Shown: piece after piece, positions 53,459-62,857 of the stretch
Layout: the number at the start of each line of letters is the position of its first letter
Numbering within the stretch: the first letter of the stretch is position 1
Source: Smithella sp.
Lineage (GTDB): Bacteria > Desulfobacterota > Syntrophia > Syntrophales > Smithellaceae
Direction of reading: 5' to 3'
Length of the DNA stretch: 64,000 bases
Assembly (NCBI GenBank): GCA_049523355.1
Contig: JBEKMY010000001.1
Span: 8,962-72,961, forward strand
Made by a program: the position numbers and the translations under genes
The notes under the pieces: generated by a model
The model's database searches: none
Seen by the model: only the letters and a program-made list of their open reading frames with translations
Told to the model about the DNA's origin: nothing

Positions 53459-55903
53459 TTGAGTAAAATCAACACGACCGCATTTAATTATACGGCAAGG
53501 CTGGATCATATTGTTCCCAAATCCGTTAAAGAGATAGCGGAACTGATCGGCGTTAAATATGATTATCTGGGTTTAAATGCCGCATCACTTCCTTTTGCGC
53601 CTTCGGATACTACCGCGGGCAGCGAATCGGAAATGCAGACGGTAGTAGTGGGCAGCAGGGACAATGTTGACCTGCCCATTTTCATAGAACAATCCAACTA
53701 TTTTGCTAACACCAAACGGCGGGCAAAGTCCGGAGATACGTCCAGAAAAGTAATGACCGGCCTGGAAAAATACTTGAATACGAACACTGAAGGTGTCTGG
53801 GAAAACAGCCAGGTTCGTTTTCCCCGGTATAAGATGGGAAAACTTGCCGAGAATATTTTTCATCAGGATATTCTGGCGGACAAAAAAAATCCGTCTGCGG
53901 GCCTTAGATTGGATTTAAACAAATTCATTTTTCAGAAAAACGATCTTGAATATATCCGGGTTCCGATCAGTTATCTCCTGAAGCTGGCTCTGGCGGAGAT
54001 AATTGATCCGCAGCAAAAAGTACATCCTCTGATCAGCAAGACCGGATTGAATATCATTCAATATTTTTTAAATGATAATACATCTCCGGAAACTTCATCT
54101 TTTTATGTTGCTTCCATGCAGTCGGAGGCCGGCATGGGGCGTGTCGTAGCCAAGGAGACGGCTGTCCGCTTTTTATTAAGCCAGTTGCTGATCATGTATG
54201 CCAATCAAAAATATGCCTTGGAGGAAACCGGACAAAAGGCAATGATATTTTCTTCACCGCACCCGCCGATGAGACAGAAAATTTTAAGTAATTGTGTTTC
54301 TGATGCCTTTTATCGGGAATTGTTTATGAACCCCTGCCTTTCCGGATGGGATAAAGGAGAAGAAAAGCATGAATACATGCATCTGTGTCACCGTGTTTTG
54401 AGCCGCAGCCAATTCAATGCTGTCCTGAAACTCCGGGAAGCGGGAATCATTACCAGCAATCTGGTATCGCTGCCTAATTTATCCAATATCAGCCTCGCTA
54501 ATAACGGGACACATGTAAGTTTGGGAAGCCGGAAAATAAGCAGTATGCTACAGGATTCTTCATCTGGATTTTCTGTAAAAGATGAAAAAAATATCGGTGA
54601 TCTGGTCGTTAAAATTGTCGAGCATTTTCTACCGCTTTTTGTCGGTACATACAGCGCCGCGCCTTATCGTATGGATTTTTCCGATTTCCATCCGGAGAAA
54701 GCCCTTGGCTTTCTTCCGCATGAGTTGGATTATACTCATTTACGAATGCTCTGGCGGCGGTGGCAGAAGAAAGCCAATCTGACCATGTTAGGCAAATCCA
54801 TAACTCCTTTTGGTCCCAAATGGATAGATAACTTAATCAGTGTGTTTTTCAGATTAAAAGGAGATTTTATTCCCGACTTCCGGCTGATTGATTATCTGAT
54901 AGTCTTGATGAGCACGGACAGAAGTCCCGCCTTAAACGGCGAGTTGTATAACAGCCAGCCTTTAAAAGAAGACCTTGCCGATCTTGGCGTTTTTGACACG
55001 CAGATGTCGCTTTATCTTCTCGAGAAGCTTCGCGAGTATAAAGTCATGGGCTTTTCCGGTTTTGAAGGGCGTCATTACAGCCTCTTTGAACGTTTTACCG
55101 AGGATATGGGGCAGGCTGTAACTATGCAGAATCTTCTCTATCTTTTAGCTTTTAAATATATTTTCTCGGGTCAGATAAGTCATGAGAATATTCCGGATGA
55201 TCCTTCCGTTGAAAGCGAGAGAAGGCAGATAATTTTCGGTTCGGCGATAGGTATTCCGACTTTCTTTGTGCATAACAAAACCGGCAATACCTTAATAAAA
55301 AAGATTATCGGCAAGACAAATCGCGTGCGCTCCAGTCGACGCTATCCGGGATACGTTCGCATTTACAACATCGAATACAGGCAGGCGCTTTTGAAAATTC
55401 TGCGTGAAGATGCGGCAGATCTTATTGAAATGCTGTCAATGAGAGAGAGCATCGACGAGCTTGAATTCCGTCTTAACGAGCCGGAACTTTATTCTGCCTG
55501 CGGCAGGCTGACGAGTGGCATTCTTAACACGGCAAAAGCCAGGTCGCCGCTTGATTTGACTGCCGATAAGTTTAATGAGGCGGCAGAGAAATATTACCGG
55601 ACAGATCTCCGCAATGGGCATATTCGGGAAGCATTTGAACTTCTTGGCGAAGATATGATCAAGCTGGATCATAAATCCGATGGTTTACGGCAGGACATCA
55701 GAAGTTTGCTTCATGCCGTATTGAAAGAAACAAATATAACAAAATTTTTAAATCAGGCCGAACGGGAAATCATTGAAGAAACCGCGTCCAAAGAGACGCT
55801 GGAAAAACTGGCCGGTATTATTTTAGTGCATATCCATTATAAGACTGAACTTAACCGTAAATTTCAAGAGATTAATGACAGGGAAAAAAACTATGCAGCA
55901 TAA
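53459..55903 (+). CDS. Large uncharacterised protein with GS/GCS/PafA-fold carboxylate-amine ligase motifs
   Basis: AGSESE (GxExE), WENS, NDNTSPE, NNGTHVSL (GxH), GFEGRH (ExR); TTG start after GGAGGAG (ORF open to 53402). The CDS is secure; the function is inferred. Confidence 0.6.
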   Translation: MSKINTTAFNYTARLDHIVPKSVKEIAELIGVKYDYLGLNAASLPFAPSDTTAGSESEMQTVVVGSRDNVDLPIFIEQSNYFANTKRRAKSGDTSRKVMTGLEKYLNTNTEGVWENSQVRFPRYKMGKLAENIFHQDILADKKNPSAGLRLDLNKFIFQKNDLEYIRVPISYLLKLALAEIIDPQQKVHPLISKTGLNIIQYFLNDNTSPETSSFYVASMQSEAGMGRVVAKETAVRFLLSQLLIMYANQKYALEETGQKAMIFSSPHPPMRQKILSNCVSDAFYRELFMNPCLSGWDKGEEKHEYMHLCHRVLSRSQFNAVLKLREAGIITSNLVSLPNLSNISLANNGTHVSLGSRKISSMLQDSSSGFSVKDEKNIGDLVVKIVEHFLPLFVGTYSAAPYRMDFSDFHPEKALGFLPHELDYTHLRMLWRRWQKKANLTMLGKSITPFGPKWIDNLISVFFRLKGDFIPDFRLIDYLIVLMSTDRSPALNGELYNSQPLKEDLADLGVFDTQMSLYLLEKLREYKVMGFSGFEGRHYSLFERFTEDMGQAVTMQNLLYLLAFKYIFSGQISHENIPDDPSVESERRQIIFGSAIGIPTFFVHNKTGNTLIKKIIGKTNRVRSSRRYPGYVRIYNIEYRQALLKILREDAADLIEMLSMRESIDELEFRLNEPELYSACGRLTSGILNTAKARSPLDLTADKFNEAAEKYYRTDLRNGHIREAFELLGEDMIKLDHKSDGLRQDIRSLLHAVLKETNITKFLNQAEREIIEETASKETLEKLAGIILVHIHYKTELNRKFQEINDREKNYAA

Positions 55904-56897
55904 TTATATCGAGCGGGATACCCGCCAAATAAAAAAAGAACAATTTTACGGCGATCAGGCTGTACAATTTCTATATGCCGATATCCGGGAGCGATCTTCG
56001 TGGCTCTTTCGCCAATTGACAAGCGCCAGAGTTTCGCGTGTGCTTAGTTATATGAACTATGATGGAATCCTTGCCGCAAGAATGAAGCATTATCTTGATA
56101 TACATAAACAATTGAATATTGAACCGCAAGAATGCCTGGATGCACCGGAGCGTTTGGATTCTCTAAGAAAAATATTCGAACGAAAAATTCGTTATTGGGA
56201 ATGCCGTCCCATGCCCAATGATCCGTGCGCTATTATATCACCAGCCGATTCTCGGATGCTGCTGGGATCGTTTTTGGAAGAATCTGGTTTGTTTGTTAAG
56301 GGAAAGTTTTTTGATTATGAAGAGATGTTTGGCTGTGATAAACGCACGTGGCTCACCGCCTTTCAGGATGGTGACTTTGCCGTTTTCAGGTTGACACCGG
56401 AAAAATATCATTACAACCATACACCCGTTGCAGGAAAAATTATCGATTTTTACCAAATCCCGGGTACTTATCACGCATGTAATCCCAATGCCGTTGTTTC
56501 CGTTGTAACGCCTTATTCCAAAAACAAGCGCTTCGTTACCATTTTTGATACGGATGTAGAAGGCGGGACTGGAGCTGGTTTAGTGGCCATGATTGAAGTA
56601 GTAGCGCTAATGATCGGCGATATAGTGCAGTGCTACAGCGAAAAGAAATATGAGAGTCCCATGCCTATTGGAACAGGAATGTTTGTGAATAAGGGTGTTC
56701 CCAAAAGTCTTTTTCGTCCCGGGAGTTCTACAGTGGTTCTAATATTTCAAAAAGATAGAGTGCGATTTGCGGATGATATTTCTGCCAACATGTTAAGGCC
56801 TTCCGCCGAAAGCATTTTCAGCAATGGTTTTGGCAAATCGCTGGTCGAAACCGATGTTAAGGTCAGATCGTATATTGCCACTTCTTGTAGTCATTAA
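55893..56897 (+). CDS. Phosphatidylserine decarboxylase-family pyruvoyl enzyme (substrate uncertain)
   Basis: FERK...RP, ISPADS, RLTPEKYHYNHTPVAG, FRPGSSTVVLIF self-cleavage motif; 11-nt overlap with the upstream gene. Confidence 0.85.
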   Translation: MQHNYIERDTRQIKKEQFYGDQAVQFLYADIRERSSWLFRQLTSARVSRVLSYMNYDGILAARMKHYLDIHKQLNIEPQECLDAPERLDSLRKIFERKIRYWECRPMPNDPCAIISPADSRMLLGSFLEESGLFVKGKFFDYEEMFGCDKRTWLTAFQDGDFAVFRLTPEKYHYNHTPVAGKIIDFYQIPGTYHACNPNAVVSVVTPYSKNKRFVTIFDTDVEGGTGAGLVAMIEVVALMIGDIVQCYSEKKYESPMPIGTGMFVNKGVPKSLFRPGSSTVVLIFQKDRVRFADDISANMLRPSAESIFSNGFGKSLVETDVKVRSYIATSCSH

Positions 56898-56942
56898 GAT
56901 CATATGAGATTATTTTTTAATCATGAGATGGAGGTAACAGTT

Positions 56943-57344
56943 ATGAGGCAGGAAAAAATACAGTTTATCAGGAATGCTCTGGTAAAAAAGATGGAAGAAC
57001 TCTGGTCGAGCGCGGACAATACAATTTCTAAAATGAAAAATACCGAAGGCAAATTTGCCGATCCCTTTGACCAGGCTGCAATCGAGACGAATAAATTTGT
57101 TGAATTGGCCTGCAGGGATAGAGAAAGAGAATTAATCCTCGACATCAAGGAAACGATTATGCGCATTGACAGGGGCTTGTTCGGCATTTGCGACCATTGC
57201 GGCAGGGTCATCCATGAAAAAAGACTGTTAATTGAACCGATGAGCAAATTGTGTGTCGAATGCCAGGAGGAACGCGAGATTTATAATAAGCAAAAGAGCA
57301 GACGATCAGCTGCAAGGAGTATATCCTATAATCATGTACAATGA
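56943..57344 (+). CDS. DksA/TraR-family C4 zinc-finger transcription factor
   Basis: Coiled-coil tip DPFDQA (DxxDxA), FGICDHCG, RL..EP, CVECQE; GGAGG RBS. Confidence 0.88.
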   Translation: MRQEKIQFIRNALVKKMEELWSSADNTISKMKNTEGKFADPFDQAAIETNKFVELACRDRERELILDIKETIMRIDRGLFGICDHCGRVIHEKRLLIEPMSKLCVECQEEREIYNKQKSRRSAARSISYNHVQ

Positions 57345-58386
57345 AATTTTTACATTGGCTCTTGCAGGAGCGATAGTCGTTTTATTTTCATGGGCTTTTA
57401 GAACACTGCCCGAAGAAAATTGGCAAGTTCTTGCCTGTCTGCCTATACGCAAGGGGCTAGACGGAACTTGGCAAGGCATTAATTTAACCTATTACGGATT
57501 TTTTAATGCTTTTGCCTATCTGTTTGGGGTTGTCATGTTCCTGATCATGATGAGTTCTCAAAATATTAAGATTGCAGGCACCCTATCCCTTGTTATACCA
57601 TTTTTAGCGATCTGCATGCTGGCTTCCCGCCTGATTGCCCGCCTGGTGGAAAAAAAACGCCACACGTTTTCTGTGGGCGGCGCTTCCTTTGCCGGCATCC
57701 TGATTGCACCATGGATCATCTGGCTGGTCAATATGACATTAGGCGAGACGCTTGCGTTTCATTTACCGGTTTTGGAAACACTGGCGGTAATATTTATTGC
57801 TTATGCCTTCGGCGAAGGAACGGGGCGGCTTGCCTGTATCAGTTTTGGCTGCTGTTACGGGAAACCTATATCCGCATGTCATCCGTTAATTAAAAGAATC
57901 TTTCGTAAGTGGAATTTTGTGTTTTGGGGAAAGACGAAAAAAATTGCTTATGCCCAGCAACTTGAAGGTCAGGCTGTTATTCCCATTCAAGCACTCACAT
58001 CTGTTGTTTACACTGGAACAGGGTTTTTAAGCTTCTATCTTTTCCTGAAAGGTTTTTCAAGCGCAGCTTTGATAATCACTCTTATTGTGACGCAGGGCTG
58101 GCGTTTCGCTTCAGAATTTCTGCGAGCCGATTATCGGGGGCATGGTTTCATTTCCTCTTACCAGATTATGACATTGATTGCAATTTGTTATACCCTCGCG
58201 ATGGTTACACTTATCAAAGAACCAGATTACGGTTCTCCGAATCTGTTAAATGGTGTCATTTCACTCTGGAATCCCGGTATAATTGTTTTTCTGGTGGTTT
58301 TATGGGGAGTTGCCTTTGTATACGCAGGTAAGAGTAGCGTAACCTGCTCTTCAATAAATATCCAAATTGTAGAGAAGAATATTTAG
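57334..58386 (+). CDS. Divergent prolipoprotein diacylglyceryl transferase (Lgt)-family membrane protein
   Basis: Multi-TM; GEGTGRLACISFGCCYGKP, IPIQ, WRFASEFLRADYRG; 11-nt overlap with the dksA-like gene. Confidence 0.75.
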   Translation: MYNEIFTLALAGAIVVLFSWAFRTLPEENWQVLACLPIRKGLDGTWQGINLTYYGFFNAFAYLFGVVMFLIMMSSQNIKIAGTLSLVIPFLAICMLASRLIARLVEKKRHTFSVGGASFAGILIAPWIIWLVNMTLGETLAFHLPVLETLAVIFIAYAFGEGTGRLACISFGCCYGKPISACHPLIKRIFRKWNFVFWGKTKKIAYAQQLEGQAVIPIQALTSVVYTGTGFLSFYLFLKGFSSAALIITLIVTQGWRFASEFLRADYRGHGFISSYQIMTLIAICYTLAMVTLIKEPDYGSPNLLNGVISLWNPGIIVFLVVLWGVAFVYAGKSSVTCSSINIQIVEKNI

Positions 58387-58459
58387 CTTCCATGCCAAGA
58401 CAGACAAAATCATTCATATTATTAAAGCAGCCATAATTTATTTATATTTATTTATCATT

Positions 58460-58493
58460 TTGTCATCAAATTGTAACATTAAATATATATGAT
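58460..58493 (+). promoter_or_regulatory. Pho box and -10 element of pstS
   Basis: TTGTCATCAAA-TTGTAAC, then 10 nt, then TATGAT: the canonical Pho promoter geometry. Confidence 0.8.
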
Positions 58494-58524
58494 ATTTTTA
58501 AAAAAAATCAGGGAGGAACAGAAA

Positions 58525-59373
58525 ATGATTAATATTGTTAAGAAAATAATTTTCGGCATGGCTTTGGTAACTTTTATGGGTGGCTTTGCTGCTGCTGCCG
58601 ATTCCATAGTCATTAAAGGATCGACAACCGTTTTACCTATTGCGCAGGCTGTGCTCGAAGCCTATATGAAAGAAAATAAAGGCGTCCAGATTTCTTTATC
58701 GGGCGGAGGTTCCGGTGAGGGAATCAAAGCATTAATCGATCAATCCACGGATATAGCCGATTCCTCCAGAGAGATTAAAAAAGAAGAAATCGAATTAGCT
58801 GAATCCAAGGGAGTCAAACCTGTTGCCCATGTTATAGCCTATGATGCAATTATGCCGGTAGTAAATCCGAAAAATAATGTTCAAGGTTTATCAATTGATC
58901 AGTTAAGCCAGATATATCAGGGGAAAATTACCAACTGGAAGGAAGTAGGCGGCGCTGATTTAAAAATAGTCGTTATCTCCAGAGATTCTTCCTCCGGCAC
59001 ATTCGATTCATGGGATAACTTTGTTATGAAAAAAGCCAGAGTTGCTCCGACCGCACAGATGCTGGCATCCAACGGAGCAGTAGTCACAGCGGTTTCCAAA
59101 AATAAATATGCTATCGGTTATCTCGGTATGGGTTATGTAAATAGCAGTGTTAAAGGACTGAAAGTAAACGGCGTCATGGCTTCAGCCCAGACTGCATTAT
59201 CCAGACAATATCCAATGTCCCGGGAGCTTTACATGTACACTAACGGCCAACCTAAAGGTGAAGTTGCCAAATTTATCGCTTTTATTAAAAGTCCCAAAGG
59301 ACAGGAAATTGTAAAAAAAGAAGGCTTTGTGCCGCTTACGGGTTCCAAAGAAAGCAAAAAAGCTAAAAAATAA
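58525..59373 (+). CDS. pstS: Phosphate ABC transporter substrate-binding protein
   Basis: Signal peptide; KGSTTVLP, GGGSGEG, SSR, RDSSSGT, YPMSRELY. Confidence 0.95.
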   Translation: MINIVKKIIFGMALVTFMGGFAAAADSIVIKGSTTVLPIAQAVLEAYMKENKGVQISLSGGGSGEGIKALIDQSTDIADSSREIKKEEIELAESKGVKPVAHVIAYDAIMPVVNPKNNVQGLSIDQLSQIYQGKITNWKEVGGADLKIVVISRDSSSGTFDSWDNFVMKKARVAPTAQMLASNGAVVTAVSKNKYAIGYLGMGYVNSSVKGLKVNGVMASAQTALSRQYPMSRELYMYTNGQPKGEVAKFIAFIKSPKGQEIVKKEGFVPLTGSKESKKAKK

Positions 59374-59398
59374 ATTTTTTAGAAAATTGCTTTAATCG

Positions 59399-59424
59399 GG
59401 CAACCCCGCATTAACGGGGTTGCC
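59399..59424 (+). terminator. Stable hairpin after pstS (terminator or mRNA stabiliser)
   Basis: GGCAACCCCG-CATTAA-CGGGGTTGCC; no strong U tract. Confidence 0.6.
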
Positions 59425-59597
59425 GCTTACATTTACGAAAGAATATCTAAGTGACTATGGGTCACTATAAGATATTGTTAACGGATTTAGAAAAATCCGT
59501 GATAAAATAAAAAATAAATCGAATGAAAATTTAAATAAAAACGGCGTTCTCCCGGAAAAACTAATATTGAGAGGAATAGAGTTTAAAGGCGAAAATA

Positions 59598-60485
59598 ATG
59601 AAGAGAAAAACCAGAGAAAATATTATTAAATATATCTTTTTTTCTTTTGCGCTGGTGTCGATTGTTGTGCTGGGCCTGATTGTTCTTTCTCTTTTCCGCG
59701 AAGGAATGCCGATATTCAAATTAGTTTCCTTAAGTGATTTTATTTTAGGAAAAGATTGGTATCCGACATCCGATCCGCCATCTTTCGGCATTTTCTCCCT
59801 GATCGTGGGATCTGTTATTGTTACTTTCCTGGCCATTGTAATTGCCGTTCCTCTGGGAGTTCTTTCAGCGATCTACATCGCGGAAATCGCGCCGGTTTCA
59901 ATAAAAGAGATACTTAAATCGGTTATTGAGCTTTTAGCCGGAATACCTTCCGTAGTTTTAGGTTTTTTCGGCATGGTCATTGTCGCCCCATGGATGCAGC
60001 AGACTTTTGATTTGCCTACGGGTCTGAACATTATAAATGCCGCTGTGATACTGGCAATTATGGCAATACCGACTATATCCAGCATCTCGGAAGACGCTCT
60101 CTACGCCGTTCCCAACGAATTTAAAGAAGCGTCCTATGCTTTGGGCGCAACCAGATTTGAAACCATTGCCAAGGTGATTGTGCCTTCCGCGCTATCGGGC
60201 ATTTCCACAGCGGTAATACTGGGAATATCCAGAGCGATTGGTGAGACAATGGTTGTTTTGATGGTTGCGGGCGGAGCGGCGGCAATTCCGGGAAGTATTT
60301 TTGATTCGGTTCGGCCAATGCCGGCCAGCATCGCCGCGGAAATGGGAGAGGCGTCTTTTCGAGGCGCCCATTATCACGCTTTGTTCGCCATCGGCATAGT
60401 TTTGTTTTTTCTGACACTGGCGTTTAATCTGATTGCCGATTATCTTTCTCATAAGTTTCATCAATCAGGTTCGGCAACGCTTTGA
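59598..60485 (+). CDS. pstC: Phosphate ABC transporter permease PstC
   Basis: ELLAGIPSVV, EASYALGAT, RAIGETM. Confidence 0.95.
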   Translation: MKRKTRENIIKYIFFSFALVSIVVLGLIVLSLFREGMPIFKLVSLSDFILGKDWYPTSDPPSFGIFSLIVGSVIVTFLAIVIAVPLGVLSAIYIAEIAPVSIKEILKSVIELLAGIPSVVLGFFGMVIVAPWMQQTFDLPTGLNIINAAVILAIMAIPTISSISEDALYAVPNEFKEASYALGATRFETIAKVIVPSALSGISTAVILGISRAIGETMVVLMVAGGAAAIPGSIFDSVRPMPASIAAEMGEASFRGAHYHALFAIGIVLFFLTLAFNLIADYLSHKFHQSGSATL

Positions 60486-60497
60486 TTGGATTGATAT

Positions 60498-61376
60498 ATG
60501 GATGAATCAATGAGCAGTTCAATGAAGTGGCGATATTTAAAACAGACACTTTTCTTCGGCATTGTGCGATTATCTTTTTTGATCATTGCTCTTTCTCTGG
60601 GCGGACTTTTATTATATATTATAATTAACGGTATCGGCGTCATCAGTTGGGATTTCATCACCAAAATGCCCACGGATTCCATGACGAAAGGCGGGATCAT
60701 GCCGGCCATTGTGGGCACTATATATTTAACTGTTGGGGCGATTTGCATTGGTTTGCCGCTGGGTGTGGCTTCGGCAATCTATTTAACGGAATATGCCGTA
60801 CAAGGCAGGGTGATCAGAATTATCAAGATAGGCATAAATTGTCTGGCAGGAGTACCCTCCGTTGTTTTCGGACTATTTGGTCTTGGTTTGTTTGTAGTAA
60901 TGCTGAAATTTGGTTCGAGCATTCTGGCCGGTTCACTAACCCTCGGATTTCTCATTCTGCCGACGATCATTGGCGCTGCCGAGGAAGCGTTGAAATCTGT
61001 GCCGCAAACATTCCGCGAGGCGTCTCTGGCGCTGGGCGTTTCCAAGTGGCAAACTATTTTCCGGATTGTTTTACCCAACGCCCTGCCCGGTATTTTGACA
61101 GGCTCTATTTTAGGCATCGGCCGCGCTGCCGGAGAGACTGCGCCTATTATGTTTACAGCGGCGGCTTTCTTTACCGCAAAATTACCGGGTTCCATTTTTG
61201 ATGAAGTTATGGCTCTGCCCTATCATATATACGTTCTGGCTACGGCGGGCACTCATATTGAGGAAACCAGACCGATGCAATTTGGGACCGTGCTTGTTCT
61301 TATTGCTGTTGTTCTCGGGATCGATCTGTTAGCCATCATTATCCGCAGCCGCATGAGAAGAAATAAAAGGTGGTAA
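60498..61376 (+). CDS. pstA: Phosphate ABC transporter permease PstA
   Basis: [32 protein letters not shown]. Confidence 0.95.
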   Translation: MDESMSSSMKWRYLKQTLFFGIVRLSFLIIALSLGGLLLYIIINGIGVISWDFITKMPTDSMTKGGIMPAIVGTIYLTVGAICIGLPLGVASAIYLTEYAVQGRVIRIIKIGINCLAGVPSVVFGLFGLGLFVVMLKFGSSILAGSLTLGFLILPTIIGAAEEALKSVPQTFREASLALGVSKWQTIFRIVLPNALPGILTGSILGIGRAAGETAPIMFTAAAFFTAKLPGSIFDEVMALPYHIYVLATAGTHIEETRPMQFGTVLVLIAVVLGIDLLAIIIRSRMRRNKRW

Positions 61377-61378
61377 GT

Positions 61379-62137
61379 ATGGATGTGAACATGATAATTA
61401 GTCTGCATAATGTAAATTTCTACTACGGCCAGTCACGAGCCCTGAATGACATCTCCATGGATTTTCCTGAAAAAAAGGTGACCGCGCTTATTGGTCCATC
61501 AGGTTGCGGTAAATCCACATTGCTGAGGCTGTTGAATCGAATGAATGATCTTATTATCGGGACAAGAGTGGAAGGGAAAGTCGTTTTTGAAGGAAAAGAT
61601 ATCTATGGCGATCACATTGACCCGGTAGAAATTCGCCGCAAGATTGGTATGGTATTTCAAAAACCCAATCCTTTTCCGAAAACTATTTATAATAATATCT
61701 CCTATGGACCTAAACTAAACGGATTGGGAAACAGCGATCTTGATACTCTGGTGGAACAAAGCCTAAAGCAAGCTGTTTTGTGGGATGAAGTAAAAGATTT
61801 ATTGAATAAATCGGCAATGGCTCTCTCCGGAGGACAGCAGCAGCGGCTTTGCATAGCGCGCGCGCTGGCTATGAAACCGGATGTTTTGTTAATGGACGAG
61901 CCGACTTCCGCGCTTGATCCTGTTTCCACGGCGAAAATTGAAGAGTTGATTGAAGAGTTGAAAAAGGACTATACTATTATTATTGTGACGCATAATATGC
62001 AACAGGCTGCCAGAATTTCCGATGAGACGGCGTTCTTTTATCTGGGAAATCTTGTCGAGTATAATAAAACTGATAAAATATTTACCAATCCGGATATAAA
62101 GCAAACAGAGGATTATATAACAGGCAGATTCGGCTGA
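61379..62137 (+). CDS. pstB: Phosphate ABC transporter ATP-binding protein
   Basis: [39 protein letters not shown]. Confidence 0.97.
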   Translation: MDVNMIISLHNVNFYYGQSRALNDISMDFPEKKVTALIGPSGCGKSTLLRLLNRMNDLIIGTRVEGKVVFEGKDIYGDHIDPVEIRRKIGMVFQKPNPFPKTIYNNISYGPKLNGLGNSDLDTLVEQSLKQAVLWDEVKDLLNKSAMALSGGQQQRLCIARALAMKPDVLLMDEPTSALDPVSTAKIEELIEELKKDYTIIIVTHNMQQAARISDETAFFYLGNLVEYNKTDKIFTNPDIKQTEDYITGRFG

Positions 62138-62155
62138 GAATCCGTTGGAGGAATA

Positions 62156-62857
62156 ATGATGGAAGAAAGAAGACACACCAGTTCGCATTATGAAATAGAA
62201 CTGCAGGAAATAAAAAACGGACTTATTTACATTGGCGCGCTTACCGAAAAGGCCATTCAGAATGCGATGAAATCCCTTTCGGAAAGAGACTCCGAGATGG
62301 CGCATAAGGTAATCAAAGACGATGATGAAATCGATAAACTCGATACGGAGATGGAGGAACGTTGCATTCGAAATCTGGCGCTGCGTCAACCGACCGCCAT
62401 CGATCTGAGGTTTATTACCACGGCGATCAAGATTACCGGCCATCTGGAAAGAATCGGCGATATGGCGGTGAATATTGCCGAGAAAGCTATCCAGTTAAAC
62501 GAAGAGCCTAAACTCAAACCCTACATTGATTTGCCCCGCATGGCCGACCTTGTTGTAGAGATGGTTAATAATTCGCTGGATAGTTTTATCAGAAGTGATT
62601 TGAATATTGCCGAAAAAGTCCGTCAAACGGAACAGATAACGGATGACCTTAATGAACAAATTTTCCGTGAGCTTTTAACTTTTATGATGGAAGATTCCAA
62701 ATGCATCCACAGGGCTCTGCTGATAATGCACGTATCTAAAAATCTGGAGCGCATTGCCGATCATGCCAAAGGTATTGCGGATATGGTAACTTATATGGTA
62801 ACGGGTGAAAACGTTCGACATCAGACCAGAGATATCAGCGCGAAGGAGACGGTGTGA
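62156..62857 (+). CDS. phoU: Phosphate signalling protein PhoU
   Basis: QPTAIDLR, LERIGD, LERIADHA. Confidence 0.96.
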   Translation: MMEERRHTSSHYEIELQEIKNGLIYIGALTEKAIQNAMKSLSERDSEMAHKVIKDDDEIDKLDTEMEERCIRNLALRQPTAIDLRFITTAIKITGHLERIGDMAVNIAEKAIQLNEEPKLKPYIDLPRMADLVVEMVNNSLDSFIRSDLNIAEKVRQTEQITDDLNEQIFRELLTFMMEDSKCIHRALLIMHVSKNLERIADHAKGIADMVTYMVTGENVRHQTRDISAKETV

